Source of the DNA: Bacteroidota bacterium
Lineage (GTDB): Bacteria > Bacteroidota > Bacteroidia > Chitinophagales > JACZTA01
Reading direction: 5' to 3'
DNA: 39,633 bases
Assembly (NCBI GenBank): GCA_022573915.1
Contig: JACZTA010000003.1
Coordinates: 1 to 39,633, forward strand
Position numbers and translations under genes: made by a program
The notes under the pieces: model-generated
What the model was told of the DNA's origin: nothing
The model's database searches: none
The model's input: the letters and a program-made list of their open reading frames with translations, nothing else
Shown here: piece after piece, positions 10,178 to 19,407 of the stretch
Position numbering within the stretch: position 1 is the first letter of the stretch
Layout of the letters: every line of letters starts with the position of its first letter

Positions 10178-13003
10178 ATGAATACTATGATTAATTTAAT
10201 TGTACAAAAGGCCTTTTTATTCTCGGTCATACTTCTCCTGGTTTCCACCCTTGCAAATGCCCAGATAAAGCAGTCAACCGCTGAAGAAATTCAGCAGTCT
10301 ATTAACCAACGAGCTGAGTTAGCGAAGAATTCTTTTCTAAAGAACTATCCCGTGCGAAGTATCGGGCCCGTTGTGCAGGGCGCCCGGATTACGGATATTG
10401 CTGTGAGTGCTAAAAATCCTAAGGACTATTATGTCGCCTACGCATCGGGGGGACTTTTTCGTACAGATAATAATGGAATTACATTCAGGCCGATATTCGA
10501 CAACCAGGGATCATTAACAATTGGTGATATTGCTTTATTCGAAGGAGATAAAACAATTATATGGATTGGAACAGGAGAGAATAATAGCAGCAGATCTAGC
10601 TATAGTGGCTCCGGGATTTATAAAAGTGAAGATGATGGCAAGACATGGAAACAGATGGGGCTTGTTCATACTTTTCATATTGGTAAAATAATCCTGCATC
10701 CCTCGAATCCTGACATTGTCTGGGTAGCATCTATCGGCGCATTATATAGTCCTAACGAAGAACGAGGCGTTTATAAAACCACTGACGGTGGGAAAACCTG
10801 GCTCAAGACACTATTCATCGATAAGTATACCGGCGTTATCGATCTTGTCATAAACTCCGAAAATCCTGATCAGCTTTTTGCAGCCAGTTGGCAGCGGCTT
10901 CGCAAAACCTGGCATTTTGATGGCGATGGTACCGGATCATCAATATATGTTTCCAATGATGGCGGACTTAATTGGACCAAAACTGTGAACGGTTTTTTAT
11001 CCGGTGAGTTTACCGGAAGGATAGGATTGGCTATCTCGGATTCCGATCCCCGGATCTTGTACGCATTAGTTGATAATCAAACTGAGATAAAAAAGGAAAA
11101 GGATGAACCGGGTGGCGATACGCTCGCACTAAAAAAATTCCTTACCATGTCGGTTGAGACATTTCTTGCATTGAATGACTCTAGTTTAAATGAGTTTCTA
11201 AAATCAAATGACTATCCCGAAAAATACGATGCAGAGTTAGTGAAGAAGGAGATTAAAGATGGTAAATATTTGCCGAAAGCGTTAGCGGAATATTTCGGCG
11301 ATGCGAACAAAGCATTGTTTGAAACCAGTATTACCGGTGCAGAAATATATAGATCCAATGATCAGGGAAAATCCTGGACCAAGGTTAATCAGGATAAATT
11401 AGATGGAGTATACAATACCTATGGTTATTATTTTGGGGAGATAAGGATCTCTCCTGACGATCCTGAAATGATCTACATAACGGGTGTGCCCTTACTGCGA
11501 TCTGAGGATGGTGGAAAAACTTATAGCAAGATCGATACTCCGCGCGTGCACGGCGACCATCAGGCATTTTGGATAAATAAGAATGATCCCGATCATTTGA
11601 TTATCGGATCAGACGGTGGCTTATATGTCAGCTATGACAGAGCCAGGAACTGGACTCATATAAATAATGTATCTGTAGGCCAATTTTACACTGTCCAGGT
11701 AGATATGGACCAACCGTATAATGTTTATGGCGGTACCCAGGATAATGGTGTATTGAAGGGGTCATCTTTGTCCCGTCCGGGAAAATCGGAACACTGGGAA
11801 AGAATTTTTAGTGGCGATGGTATGTACGTGGCGGTCGATCCGAATAATAGCGATCTGGTGTATACCGGGTATCAATTCGGTAATTATTTTAGAATTGAGT
11901 CGAGTAAGAATGATTACAAATTCCTCACACCTCAACATGATATTGGCGAGCCGGCTTATAGATTTAATTGGCGAACCCCGTTTGTTATGAGTCCGCATAA
12001 CCCTGATATTCTTTATATGGGAGGAAATAAAATCTTCAGGACATTGAATCAGGGTGACGATTGGGAAGTGATAAGTCCTGATCTGACAACAAATCGAAAG
12101 TCGCAGGGAAATGTTCCTTATTCCACCATCACGGATATCTCTGAATCTCCGCTTAAGTTTGGTTTGATATGGGTAGGAACAGACGATGGTTTGGTACAAC
12201 TTACCAGGGATGGCGGCGCTACATGGAAAAATGTCTCCAAAAAATTACCAAAGAAAAGATGGGTCAGCAAGGTTACAGCCTCGCCGCATGAGGAAGGAAC
12301 GGTATTTGTGTCATTGAATGGATTCAGGTATGATGAATTCAAAACCTATGTGTATAGGAGCAGGAATTACGGTAAATCCTGGGAATCCATCAAAGGCGAT
12401 TTGCCGGATGAAGTAGTAAACGTGATTATTCCGGATCCGGTAAATCCTCGGTTATTATACATAGGTACGGATCACGGTACATACATAAGCATGAACGACG
12501 GAAGCAATTGGCACAGGGTTAATCTAAAACTACCGAATGTGGCAAGTTATGATATGATAGTTCATCCGAGGGAAAATGAGTTGGTAATCGCGACACATGG
12601 CAGAAGCATGTACGTGATGGATGTAAAACTCTTGCAGCAAATGACTAAAGAAAAACTTCAGCAACAAATAACGGCATTTGCACCAAAAAACATAAAGTTT
12701 TCTTCTAAGTGGGGAGAGAGCCGGCGTCCTTATTTAGAAGCGAGAATACCTGAGATAACCTTGATGTATTTCATCGGAGAGTCCGGATTAAAGGCGGAAA
12801 ATATGAAACTGGAGGTTGTACATCAGGATGAGAAAGTTCTCCTTACCATGACCGGCTCCAATCAAGCCGGATTCAATTTTTTGAAATGGGACCTGAATAT
12901 CAGTACAGATGATGAAACTGCGAAATATCTCGGCAAGGGTAAATACAAGATCATTTATACCATGGGTGGCCACACCGCAGAAACAACTTTAACAATCAAA
13001 TGA
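10178..13003 (+). CDS. Secreted BNR/Asp-box (VPS10/sortilin-like) beta-propeller protein, putative glycosyl hydrolase; start ATG 10178 or 10187
   Basis: Many S/TxDGGxTW Asp-boxes, GGTQDNG, GDGMY, RFNWRTP, ATHGRS; signal peptide ending ANA-Q. Confidence 0.85.
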   Translation: MNTMINLIVQKAFLFSVILLLVSTLANAQIKQSTAEEIQQSINQRAELAKNSFLKNYPVRSIGPVVQGARITDIAVSAKNPKDYYVAYASGGLFRTDNNGITFRPIFDNQGSLTIGDIALFEGDKTIIWIGTGENNSSRSSYSGSGIYKSEDDGKTWKQMGLVHTFHIGKIILHPSNPDIVWVASIGALYSPNEERGVYKTTDGGKTWLKTLFIDKYTGVIDLVINSENPDQLFAASWQRLRKTWHFDGDGTGSSIYVSNDGGLNWTKTVNGFLSGEFTGRIGLAISDSDPRILYALVDNQTEIKKEKDEPGGDTLALKKFLTMSVETFLALNDSSLNEFLKSNDYPEKYDAELVKKEIKDGKYLPKALAEYFGDANKALFETSITGAEIYRSNDQGKSWTKVNQDKLDGVYNTYGYYFGEIRISPDDPEMIYITGVPLLRSEDGGKTYSKIDTPRVHGDHQAFWINKNDPDHLIIGSDGGLYVSYDRARNWTHINNVSVGQFYTVQVDMDQPYNVYGGTQDNGVLKGSSLSRPGKSEHWERIFSGDGMYVAVDPNNSDLVYTGYQFGNYFRIESSKNDYKFLTPQHDIGEPAYRFNWRTPFVMSPHNPDILYMGGNKIFRTLNQGDDWEVISPDLTTNRKSQGNVPYSTITDISESPLKFGLIWVGTDDGLVQLTRDGGATWKNVSKKLPKKRWVSKVTASPHEEGTVFVSLNGFRYDEFKTYVYRSRNYGKSWESIKGDLPDEVVNVIIPDPVNPRLLYIGTDHGTYISMNDGSNWHRVNLKLPNVASYDMIVHPRENELVIATHGRSMYVMDVKLLQQMTKEKLQQQITAFAPKNIKFSSKWGESRRPYLEARIPEITLMYFIGESGLKAENMKLEVVHQDEKVLLTMTGSNQAGFNFLKWDLNISTDDETAKYLGKGKYKIIYTMGGHTAETTLTIK

Positions 13004-13049
13004 AAGCAACCGAAATTTTATTTAGATTTTTCCATATATTTAACTGGCG

Positions 13050-14330
13050 ATGAAAGCAACAAGAAGATCTTTTATCAAACAACTAAGCGGTGGAGTCATA
13101 GGCGGGCTTGCCCTGATATCCGTTCCCTCAGCTTCAAGGGCGAGGTATATTATTTCTGAAAATCAAAACATTGGACTCAGAGATGAAGAATTCTGGAAGG
13201 TGGTAAGACAACAATTCCCACTTAATGATAAAAGGACCTATCTGAATAATGGTACTATGGGACCTTCTCCCTTTGTCGTTTTGGAAACCGTTAAAAATCA
13301 CATGACGGATATAGATACCACCGGTCATTACGGAGGTTGGGAAGTTGCGCGTGGACGTCTGGCTAGTTTTGTGGGCGTAGAAGAGAAGGAGATCTCCTTA
13401 ACTCATAATGTCACGGAGGGAATCAATATCGTAACATGGGGGCTGCCGTTAAAGCGAGGTGACGAGGTGATCATGACCACTCATGAGCATGCCGGCAATG
13501 CGCTGCCCTGGTTAAATCGCGCGAGGCTGGATGGGATCAGGATCAGAACTTTTGAGCCGGCTATGACAGCCGACGAGAATTTAAACCGGATCAACGATCT
13601 GATAAATAAAAAAACACGCGTTATTGCTGTACCTCATGTATCCTGTACCATTGGCCTGGTATTACCGGTCAAAGAAATTTCTAAACTAGGGCACGATAAG
13701 GGACTTTTTGTTTTTATTGATGGTGCACACGGTCCGGGAACCATGAATTTGAATATGAAAGAAATCGGTTGCGATTTTTATGCTTCCTGCTGTCATAAGT
13801 GGATGGTGGGGCCAAAGGGAACGGGATTTCTTTTTGTCGATCAAAGTATGCTCGACACCTTGCAAACCTATTGGATCGGCGGGCATTCAGATACAGGTTG
13901 GGACCTGACGGTCGATCCACCTGTATTTAATGGATACGTTGCGACCGCGCATAGATACGATTTTGCCACGCAAAACGCCTCAATTTATATCGGAGTGGCC
14001 GCCTCAATTGATTTTCTCAATAGCATAGGAATGAAAAATATCATCACGAGGGGAAGAGGACTTGCCAAGCATCTTCAGGATGCGTTGCTGGATATGGGAG
14101 ATAAAATCGAAATGCTCACTCCGACTGAAGATCGTTCAAGAGGGTTTGTTAATGGGTTTAGAATAAAGAATATGCAACACTCGGATTTTGGTAAGCTAGC
14201 TACCAAGCGTAAATTCCGCATAAGGCTTGTGGGTGAGGCCAAGTTGAACTCAATAAGAATATCCACACATCTATATAACAATTTCGATGAGGTCGATCGA
14301 TTCATTGAATTGGTAAAGGAAGTAGCATAA
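13050..14330 (+). CDS. Tat-exported class V PLP-dependent enzyme (isopenicillin-N epimerase / cysteine lyase-like)
   Basis: TRRSFIK twin-arginine signal, YLNNGTMGPSP, HEHAG, IDGAH, SCCHKW (PLP Lys), IRISTHLYN. Confidence 0.85.
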   Translation: MKATRRSFIKQLSGGVIGGLALISVPSASRARYIISENQNIGLRDEEFWKVVRQQFPLNDKRTYLNNGTMGPSPFVVLETVKNHMTDIDTTGHYGGWEVARGRLASFVGVEEKEISLTHNVTEGINIVTWGLPLKRGDEVIMTTHEHAGNALPWLNRARLDGIRIRTFEPAMTADENLNRINDLINKKTRVIAVPHVSCTIGLVLPVKEISKLGHDKGLFVFIDGAHGPGTMNLNMKEIGCDFYASCCHKWMVGPKGTGFLFVDQSMLDTLQTYWIGGHSDTGWDLTVDPPVFNGYVATAHRYDFATQNASIYIGVAASIDFLNSIGMKNIITRGRGLAKHLQDALLDMGDKIEMLTPTEDRSRGFVNGFRIKNMQHSDFGKLATKRKFRIRLVGEAKLNSIRISTHLYNNFDEVDRFIELVKEVA

Positions 14331-14367
14331 TTAACCTCGTTTTCTCCCTCAATCAATCGAAAACCTT

Positions 14368-14375
14368 TAGTTTTG
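14368..14375 (+). promoter_or_regulatory. -7 promoter element for the T9SS cargo cluster
   Basis: TAGTTTTG matches TAnnTTTG upstream of ATG 14433. Confidence 0.45.
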
Positions 14376-14432
14376 GTAATTGGGTTTATACCTTGAATTT
14401 TCTTAAATTTGCTTAACATTAATTCAAGAGCA

Positions 14433-15833
14433 ATGAAAAATAAATCCGCTTTCACCACGACGTTCTGTGTATCATTAACTTTAGTTTTTACAATTCTTCT
14501 CTTTGCTGTAAGCACAGGATATTCTCAAATAAATGTAGGAAATGACAGAACACTGTGTTCTGGTTCAAGCTTGAAAATTGCAGCTTCGGTTTCCTCCAAT
14601 ATTTATAAGATCGAACAGCCAATCACTTTTGCTCCAATTGCCGGTACAGGTAACTCTGTGTTGCTAACTGATGATGAGGTGAGTTCAGGATTCAAAATTG
14701 GGTTCAAATTTGCATTCTTCGGAGCTGAATATGATACATTTTATATTTGTTCAAATGGCTTCATCACTTTTACAGCTAATTCAAATGTAGGAGTCGGTGC
14801 TCAAACAATACCCGACTTTGCGCTGCCTAATAACCTGATCGCTTTTGCCTGGGAAGATCTGGATCCCGGGTTAGGTGGCTCAATTGACTACCGGGTCATT
14901 GGCGATCAGCCTAACAGAAAACAAGTTATTAATTTCAAGAATATACCTCATTATTTAGGTGGCAATAACGTTACCGTTCAGGTTATCTTATACGAGGGCA
15001 CCAATATAATCGAGATTCACACTACGGCAATGCCATCAGGCGGAGCCAAACACACCATGGGAATTGAAAACGCTCTTGGTGATTCGGCGTTTTATATACC
15101 TGGAAGAAACAATGCAATTTGGTCTGCCGCCAACGAAGCAGTCAGGTTCTTTCCGCAGGTTACGGTGGTTTGGTCTACATCAACAGACCCAAATATTTTT
15201 GCTACTACTCAGATAATTACTGTTTCACCCGTCATCACAACAACTTATATCGGAACTGCAGTATTTCCTGATAACTCAACAGCGTCTGATTCCATAACGA
15301 TAACGGTCTATCCTAGTCCAACTGCGGGTTTCATATACACCATTAATGGTAATACGGTTTGGCTTACTGATCAATCCGTTGACGCAGTCCTGTGGTTTTA
15401 TGATTTTGGTGATGGACATATAACGAATAAGCAAACCGCTTATAATTATTATTTCATCGGCGGAATATATCCGGTTATGCAGGTCGTGACCAATACACTG
15501 CTGTGTACCGATACACTTATTGAAATGGTGGATATGACCCATCTGGGTGTAGACGATGACGTACGAAATATATTTGGGTTAAATACTTATCCTAATCCTT
15601 TTATAGATCAGTTGCAAATAGAATACAGTCTGAAGAAGGCAGCTCAGGTAGAACTGGAAGTTTTCAATATTACTGGTGAGTTGGTTGAAACTCTGTTCTC
15701 CGGGCGCGAATTAGCTGGAGTTCAACATCACATTATTAAAAGTCCAACTGCTAAATATGGTTCCGGATTATACCTCTTAAGAGTTACAGTGGATGGGACT
15801 CAGTTTACGAAACTCTTATATAAACTTGATTAA
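14433..15833 (+). CDS. T9SS cargo: NIDO-like domain + Ig-like + PKD + type A CTD
   Basis: Signal peptide; FAFFG..Y..FYICSNGFITF and IAFAWEDLDP (nidogen-like); WFYDFGDG (PKD); YPNPF...GLYLLRV...KLLY (CTD). Confidence 0.85.
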   Translation: MKNKSAFTTTFCVSLTLVFTILLFAVSTGYSQINVGNDRTLCSGSSLKIAASVSSNIYKIEQPITFAPIAGTGNSVLLTDDEVSSGFKIGFKFAFFGAEYDTFYICSNGFITFTANSNVGVGAQTIPDFALPNNLIAFAWEDLDPGLGGSIDYRVIGDQPNRKQVINFKNIPHYLGGNNVTVQVILYEGTNIIEIHTTAMPSGGAKHTMGIENALGDSAFYIPGRNNAIWSAANEAVRFFPQVTVVWSTSTDPNIFATTQIITVSPVITTTYIGTAVFPDNSTASDSITITVYPSPTAGFIYTINGNTVWLTDQSVDAVLWFYDFGDGHITNKQTAYNYYFIGGIYPVMQVVTNTLLCTDTLIEMVDMTHLGVDDDVRNIFGLNTYPNPFIDQLQIEYSLKKAAQVELEVFNITGELVETLFSGRELAGVQHHIIKSPTAKYGSGLYLLRVTVDGTQFTKLLYKLD

Positions 15834-15854
15834 ATCTTAATAAAAGCATTCAAC

Positions 15855-17276
15855 ATGAAATATGAATTAGTAAAAAATTCCGGCAGAGTGGTTTCCCTCC
15901 TGCTGATCGTTCTGGTTTTACAATTTAATTTCAATTCTTCAAAAGCACAGGTAGTTATTAAAGGTGGGCAAACTGTTTGCGTGGGAACCGGCGGTTATTT
16001 ATTTGCTGATGTTTGTGCAAGTAAATATAACGTATCTGATACAGGTGCATTTGCTCCATTGCCTGATACGGGTCAAATTCTCCCAATGTTCAATAACACT
16101 TTGAGTGCTGCGATTCCTATTGGCTTCAATTTCAATTTTTTCTGTGATGAATACAATGAGTTATTTGTCTCAGCAAATGGATTTCTAACTTTTGACATAG
16201 GCTCCGGGTCAGGTTGCTGTTATGGCGCTCTGCTGCCCAATACTTTTATACCAAATAATTTGATCGCCTTTGCCTGGGGATATCTTGGACCAAGTGCAGG
16301 AGGAACATTTGACTATGTAACCATTGGGAATGCGCCGGAAAGAAAATTCATCCTAAATCTCAAGGATGTTCCTCATTGGCCCGGGTTTGCAAATCTGGTT
16401 ACCTTGCAGGTGATATTGTACGAGAAAGGACACACGATTGAAATACATACCACGACGATGCCTACTACAGGAAGTGCTCATACCATGGGGATTGAGAATG
16501 CAGATGGAACAATTGCTTTTTTCCCTCCGGGTAGAAATGCATCTGGGGCCTGGTCGGCAACGAATGAATTGATAAGCTTTAAACCCCTGGATTATTCAAT
16601 TGCCTGGAGTACAACTCTTGATGCAACTATAATTGGTATCAACGATTCCTTGAAGATCAATCCGTTGTTTACCACAAGCTATATTGCTAGTGTGACCTAT
16701 TCAGATAATTCTAAGGCTAAAGATACGCTCACAATCACGGTGTTCCCTTCACCAACTGCAGACTTTTCGTATACAATCAACGGGAATATGCTTTGGTGCC
16801 ATGATCAATCCTCGAAGGCTGTGGTTTGGGAATGGGATTTTGATAATGGAAATACTGCGAAGACTGCTAGTGCATTTAACTATTATTCAAAAGCAGGAAA
16901 ATATGATGTTAGCCAGGTAGTGACTAATTCCCTATTGTGTACGGATACGGCTATCAAGACCGTCAATATCACACTCACAGGGATTGAGGATGGTGATCCA
17001 AATATTCAAGGATTCACAACCTTTCCAAATCCGTTTGCAGGTGAAACCCAAATAACATATAGTCTTTTAAAAAAAGCAGAGGTGAAACTTGAGGTGTTTA
17101 ATATTCTTGGTGAACAGGTCCGGGTTTTATTTGAGGGTGACCAATCTGCCGGCAATTATAATTTCACCTTTAATGGTTATTCTAATTCCTCAAAGGGAAG
17201 CAGGGTAGGTGTCTATATAATCAAACTAACTGTAAATGGCTCTATTTACAGCGCCAGAGTTGTAGAATTCGATTAA
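15855..17276 (+). CDS. T9SS cargo, tandem paralogue of the preceding gene
   Basis: Collinear: PNNLIAFAW, VTLQVILYE, IEIHTT.MP, HTMGIENA, PSPTA.F.YTINGN, WDFDNG, QVVTN.LLCTDT, FPNPF CTD. Confidence 0.85.
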   Translation: MKYELVKNSGRVVSLLLIVLVLQFNFNSSKAQVVIKGGQTVCVGTGGYLFADVCASKYNVSDTGAFAPLPDTGQILPMFNNTLSAAIPIGFNFNFFCDEYNELFVSANGFLTFDIGSGSGCCYGALLPNTFIPNNLIAFAWGYLGPSAGGTFDYVTIGNAPERKFILNLKDVPHWPGFANLVTLQVILYEKGHTIEIHTTTMPTTGSAHTMGIENADGTIAFFPPGRNASGAWSATNELISFKPLDYSIAWSTTLDATIIGINDSLKINPLFTTSYIASVTYSDNSKAKDTLTITVFPSPTADFSYTINGNMLWCHDQSSKAVVWEWDFDNGNTAKTASAFNYYSKAGKYDVSQVVTNSLLCTDTAIKTVNITLTGIEDGDPNIQGFTTFPNPFAGETQITYSLLKKAEVKLEVFNILGEQVRVLFEGDQSAGNYNFTFNGYSNSSKGSRVGVYIIKLTVNGSIYSARVVEFD

Positions 17277-17316
17277 CCTTCTTTCCGGGAGTACGGACGA
17301 AAATATAAAATGTGAT

Positions 17317-19296
17317 ATGCGTTTATCAATTATCAAGGCTTTAATTCCTGTCTTGATATTGATACTGCCGCTTTATCTTTTTTCACAAAGTTCTGCAGAT
17401 TATACTGTTCAATTAAGTGCAGTTGTCAAAACAGATTCACCCAGGATCACTCTAAGTTGGCCGCAGGATTTGAATTCCATTGGTTATCAGATCTTCCGCA
17501 AAGACAAACAGGCTTCCAGTTGGGGGTTTGCCATAGTTACATTACCTGACTCAGCCATCAGCTATGCAGACACCAGCGTAAATATTACCGAGGGTTATGA
17601 ATATAGAGTGATTAAATACACCAATTCGTATACGGGATATGGTTATATCTACGCAGGAATGGAACTGCCGCCTGTTGAATTTCGTGGCAGATTAATTTTG
17701 ATAGTGGACAGTACTCATGCTGTACCACTGGCCTCCGAGCTAGTAAGATTGGAGTCAGACCTGATTGGTGACGGTTGGGAGGTGAGCAGATTTAATGTGT
17801 CGCCCACCGACTCTGTAACCGTGGTTAAGCAGATCATATTGAATGAGCATGACATGGATTCCGCAGTCAACGCAGTATTTTTGTTTGGCCATGTTCCGGT
17901 TCCTTATTCCGGTAATATCAATCCTGATGCACATGCCGATCATATTGGCGCTTGGCCCGCTGACGTGTACTATGGCGATTTAGACGGAAGTTGGACGGAC
18001 GCATTAGTCAACAATACCAGTGCTGCCAGTACGAAAAACCACAATATTCCTGGAGATCAGAAATTTGATCAGAGTATTATTGCCTCGGACATCGAATTGA
18101 TGGTCGGTCGGGTAGACATGTATGACATGCCCGCCTTCTCTGAAACAGAAGAGCAATTATTAAGGCAGTATTTGGATAAACATCATGCATTCAGACATAA
18201 AATGTTTGACCCCGTCAGACGAGCGATCATTGATGATAACTTTGGAGGATTTAGCGGGGAGGCGTTTGGGAGCAACGGCTGGAGAAATTTTGCTCCGATG
18301 TTTGGCGCAGATAGTGTTAGCAGCATGGATTATTTCACGACTCTTAAAAATAATAGCTATTTATGGTCCTACGGTTGTGGTGGAGGAACTGATACGAGTG
18401 CAGGAGGGATCGGGAAAACTGCTGATTTTGCATCGGATACCGTTCAGACCGTATTTACAGTTTTATTTGGCAGCTATTTCGGTGATTGGGATACTCAAAA
18501 CAATTTTCTGAGAGCCCCGCTGGCATCCAAAACAAGGGCACTGAGTAACTTTTGGGCGGGTAGGCCTCATTGGCATGTTCATCATATGGCTCTGGGTGGT
18601 ACATTGGGTTATGCTGCGCGGTTGACTCAGAACAACTCTTCCCTGTATACTGCCAATTATTTCGCACGGTTTATTCACGTGGCGCTCATGGGTGATCCTT
18701 CACTAAGGATGCATATGGTGGGACCTCCGGGCTCTCTCACGGCAGATAGCGTCGATGCGAATATCCATGTTTTGCTTAACTGGACCGCATCCAATGATTC
18801 TGTGAAGGGATACTATGTTTATAGATCGGGAAATAGCATGGGGCCGTTTACTCGAATAAGCAATAATATTATAACAGACTCAAACTTCATCGATTCATTT
18901 CCAATTAATGGCAATAACACGTACATGGTAAGAGCAATCAAATTGGAGAAAAGTGCCAGCGGAACTTATTTTAATCTAAGTCAAGGTATGAGAGTGAGCA
19001 TTTCACTTTCCTGGAGTTCAATTGATGATGCAATTACAAAACCTCCTCATTTTAAGGTATATCCAAATCCGACGACAGGTTTACTTTATTATGAGATCCT
19101 CTTGAACGAAAACGACCCGATTGTTAAGCTGGAACTATATGATGTAACAGGCAAGTTATTTTTGATAAAAGAGTTTAATAGTTCTACTAATAAGAATATT
19201 GGCCATATAAACCTTGAAGGATACCCACGAGGCGTTTATTTCTTGAATTTAAGCACAAAAACTACGATTTTAAGTAAAGAATTTATACTTCAATGA
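17317..19296 (+). CDS. T9SS cargo: FN3 + gingipain (C25)-like core + FN3 + CTD
   Basis: ITLSW..GYQIFRK..YEYRV (FN3); LILIVD, AVFLFGHVPVP, ADVYYGDLDG, MVGRVD, LMGDPSLR (C25-like scaffold); LNW..GYYVYRS..YMVRA (FN3); YPNPT...GVYFLNL CTD. Confidence 0.75.
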   Translation: MRLSIIKALIPVLILILPLYLFSQSSADYTVQLSAVVKTDSPRITLSWPQDLNSIGYQIFRKDKQASSWGFAIVTLPDSAISYADTSVNITEGYEYRVIKYTNSYTGYGYIYAGMELPPVEFRGRLILIVDSTHAVPLASELVRLESDLIGDGWEVSRFNVSPTDSVTVVKQIILNEHDMDSAVNAVFLFGHVPVPYSGNINPDAHADHIGAWPADVYYGDLDGSWTDALVNNTSAASTKNHNIPGDQKFDQSIIASDIELMVGRVDMYDMPAFSETEEQLLRQYLDKHHAFRHKMFDPVRRAIIDDNFGGFSGEAFGSNGWRNFAPMFGADSVSSMDYFTTLKNNSYLWSYGCGGGTDTSAGGIGKTADFASDTVQTVFTVLFGSYFGDWDTQNNFLRAPLASKTRALSNFWAGRPHWHVHHMALGGTLGYAARLTQNNSSLYTANYFARFIHVALMGDPSLRMHMVGPPGSLTADSVDANIHVLLNWTASNDSVKGYYVYRSGNSMGPFTRISNNIITDSNFIDSFPINGNNTYMVRAIKLEKSASGTYFNLSQGMRVSISLSWSSIDDAITKPPHFKVYPNPTTGLLYYEILLNENDPIVKLELYDVTGKLFLIKEFNSSTNKNIGHINLEGYPRGVYFLNLSTKTTILSKEFILQ

Positions 19297-19334
19297 CGCA
19301 GACACTTAAAAATTTGATAATACGGCCTCAGTCC

Positions 19335-19365
19335 TTGTTATTTAGCGATAATCTTCATACTTTTG
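19335..19365 (+). promoter_or_regulatory. Bacteroidota promoter (-33 TTG, 20-nt spacer, -7 TACTTTTG)
   Basis: TTG at 19335-19337 and TACTTTTG at 19358-19365. The track's TTG start at 19363 falls inside the box, favouring ATG 19408. Confidence 0.6.
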
Positions 19366-19407
19366 ACACACGAAAATTCAATTTTTAACTACAATAAACA
19401 GCGCATT

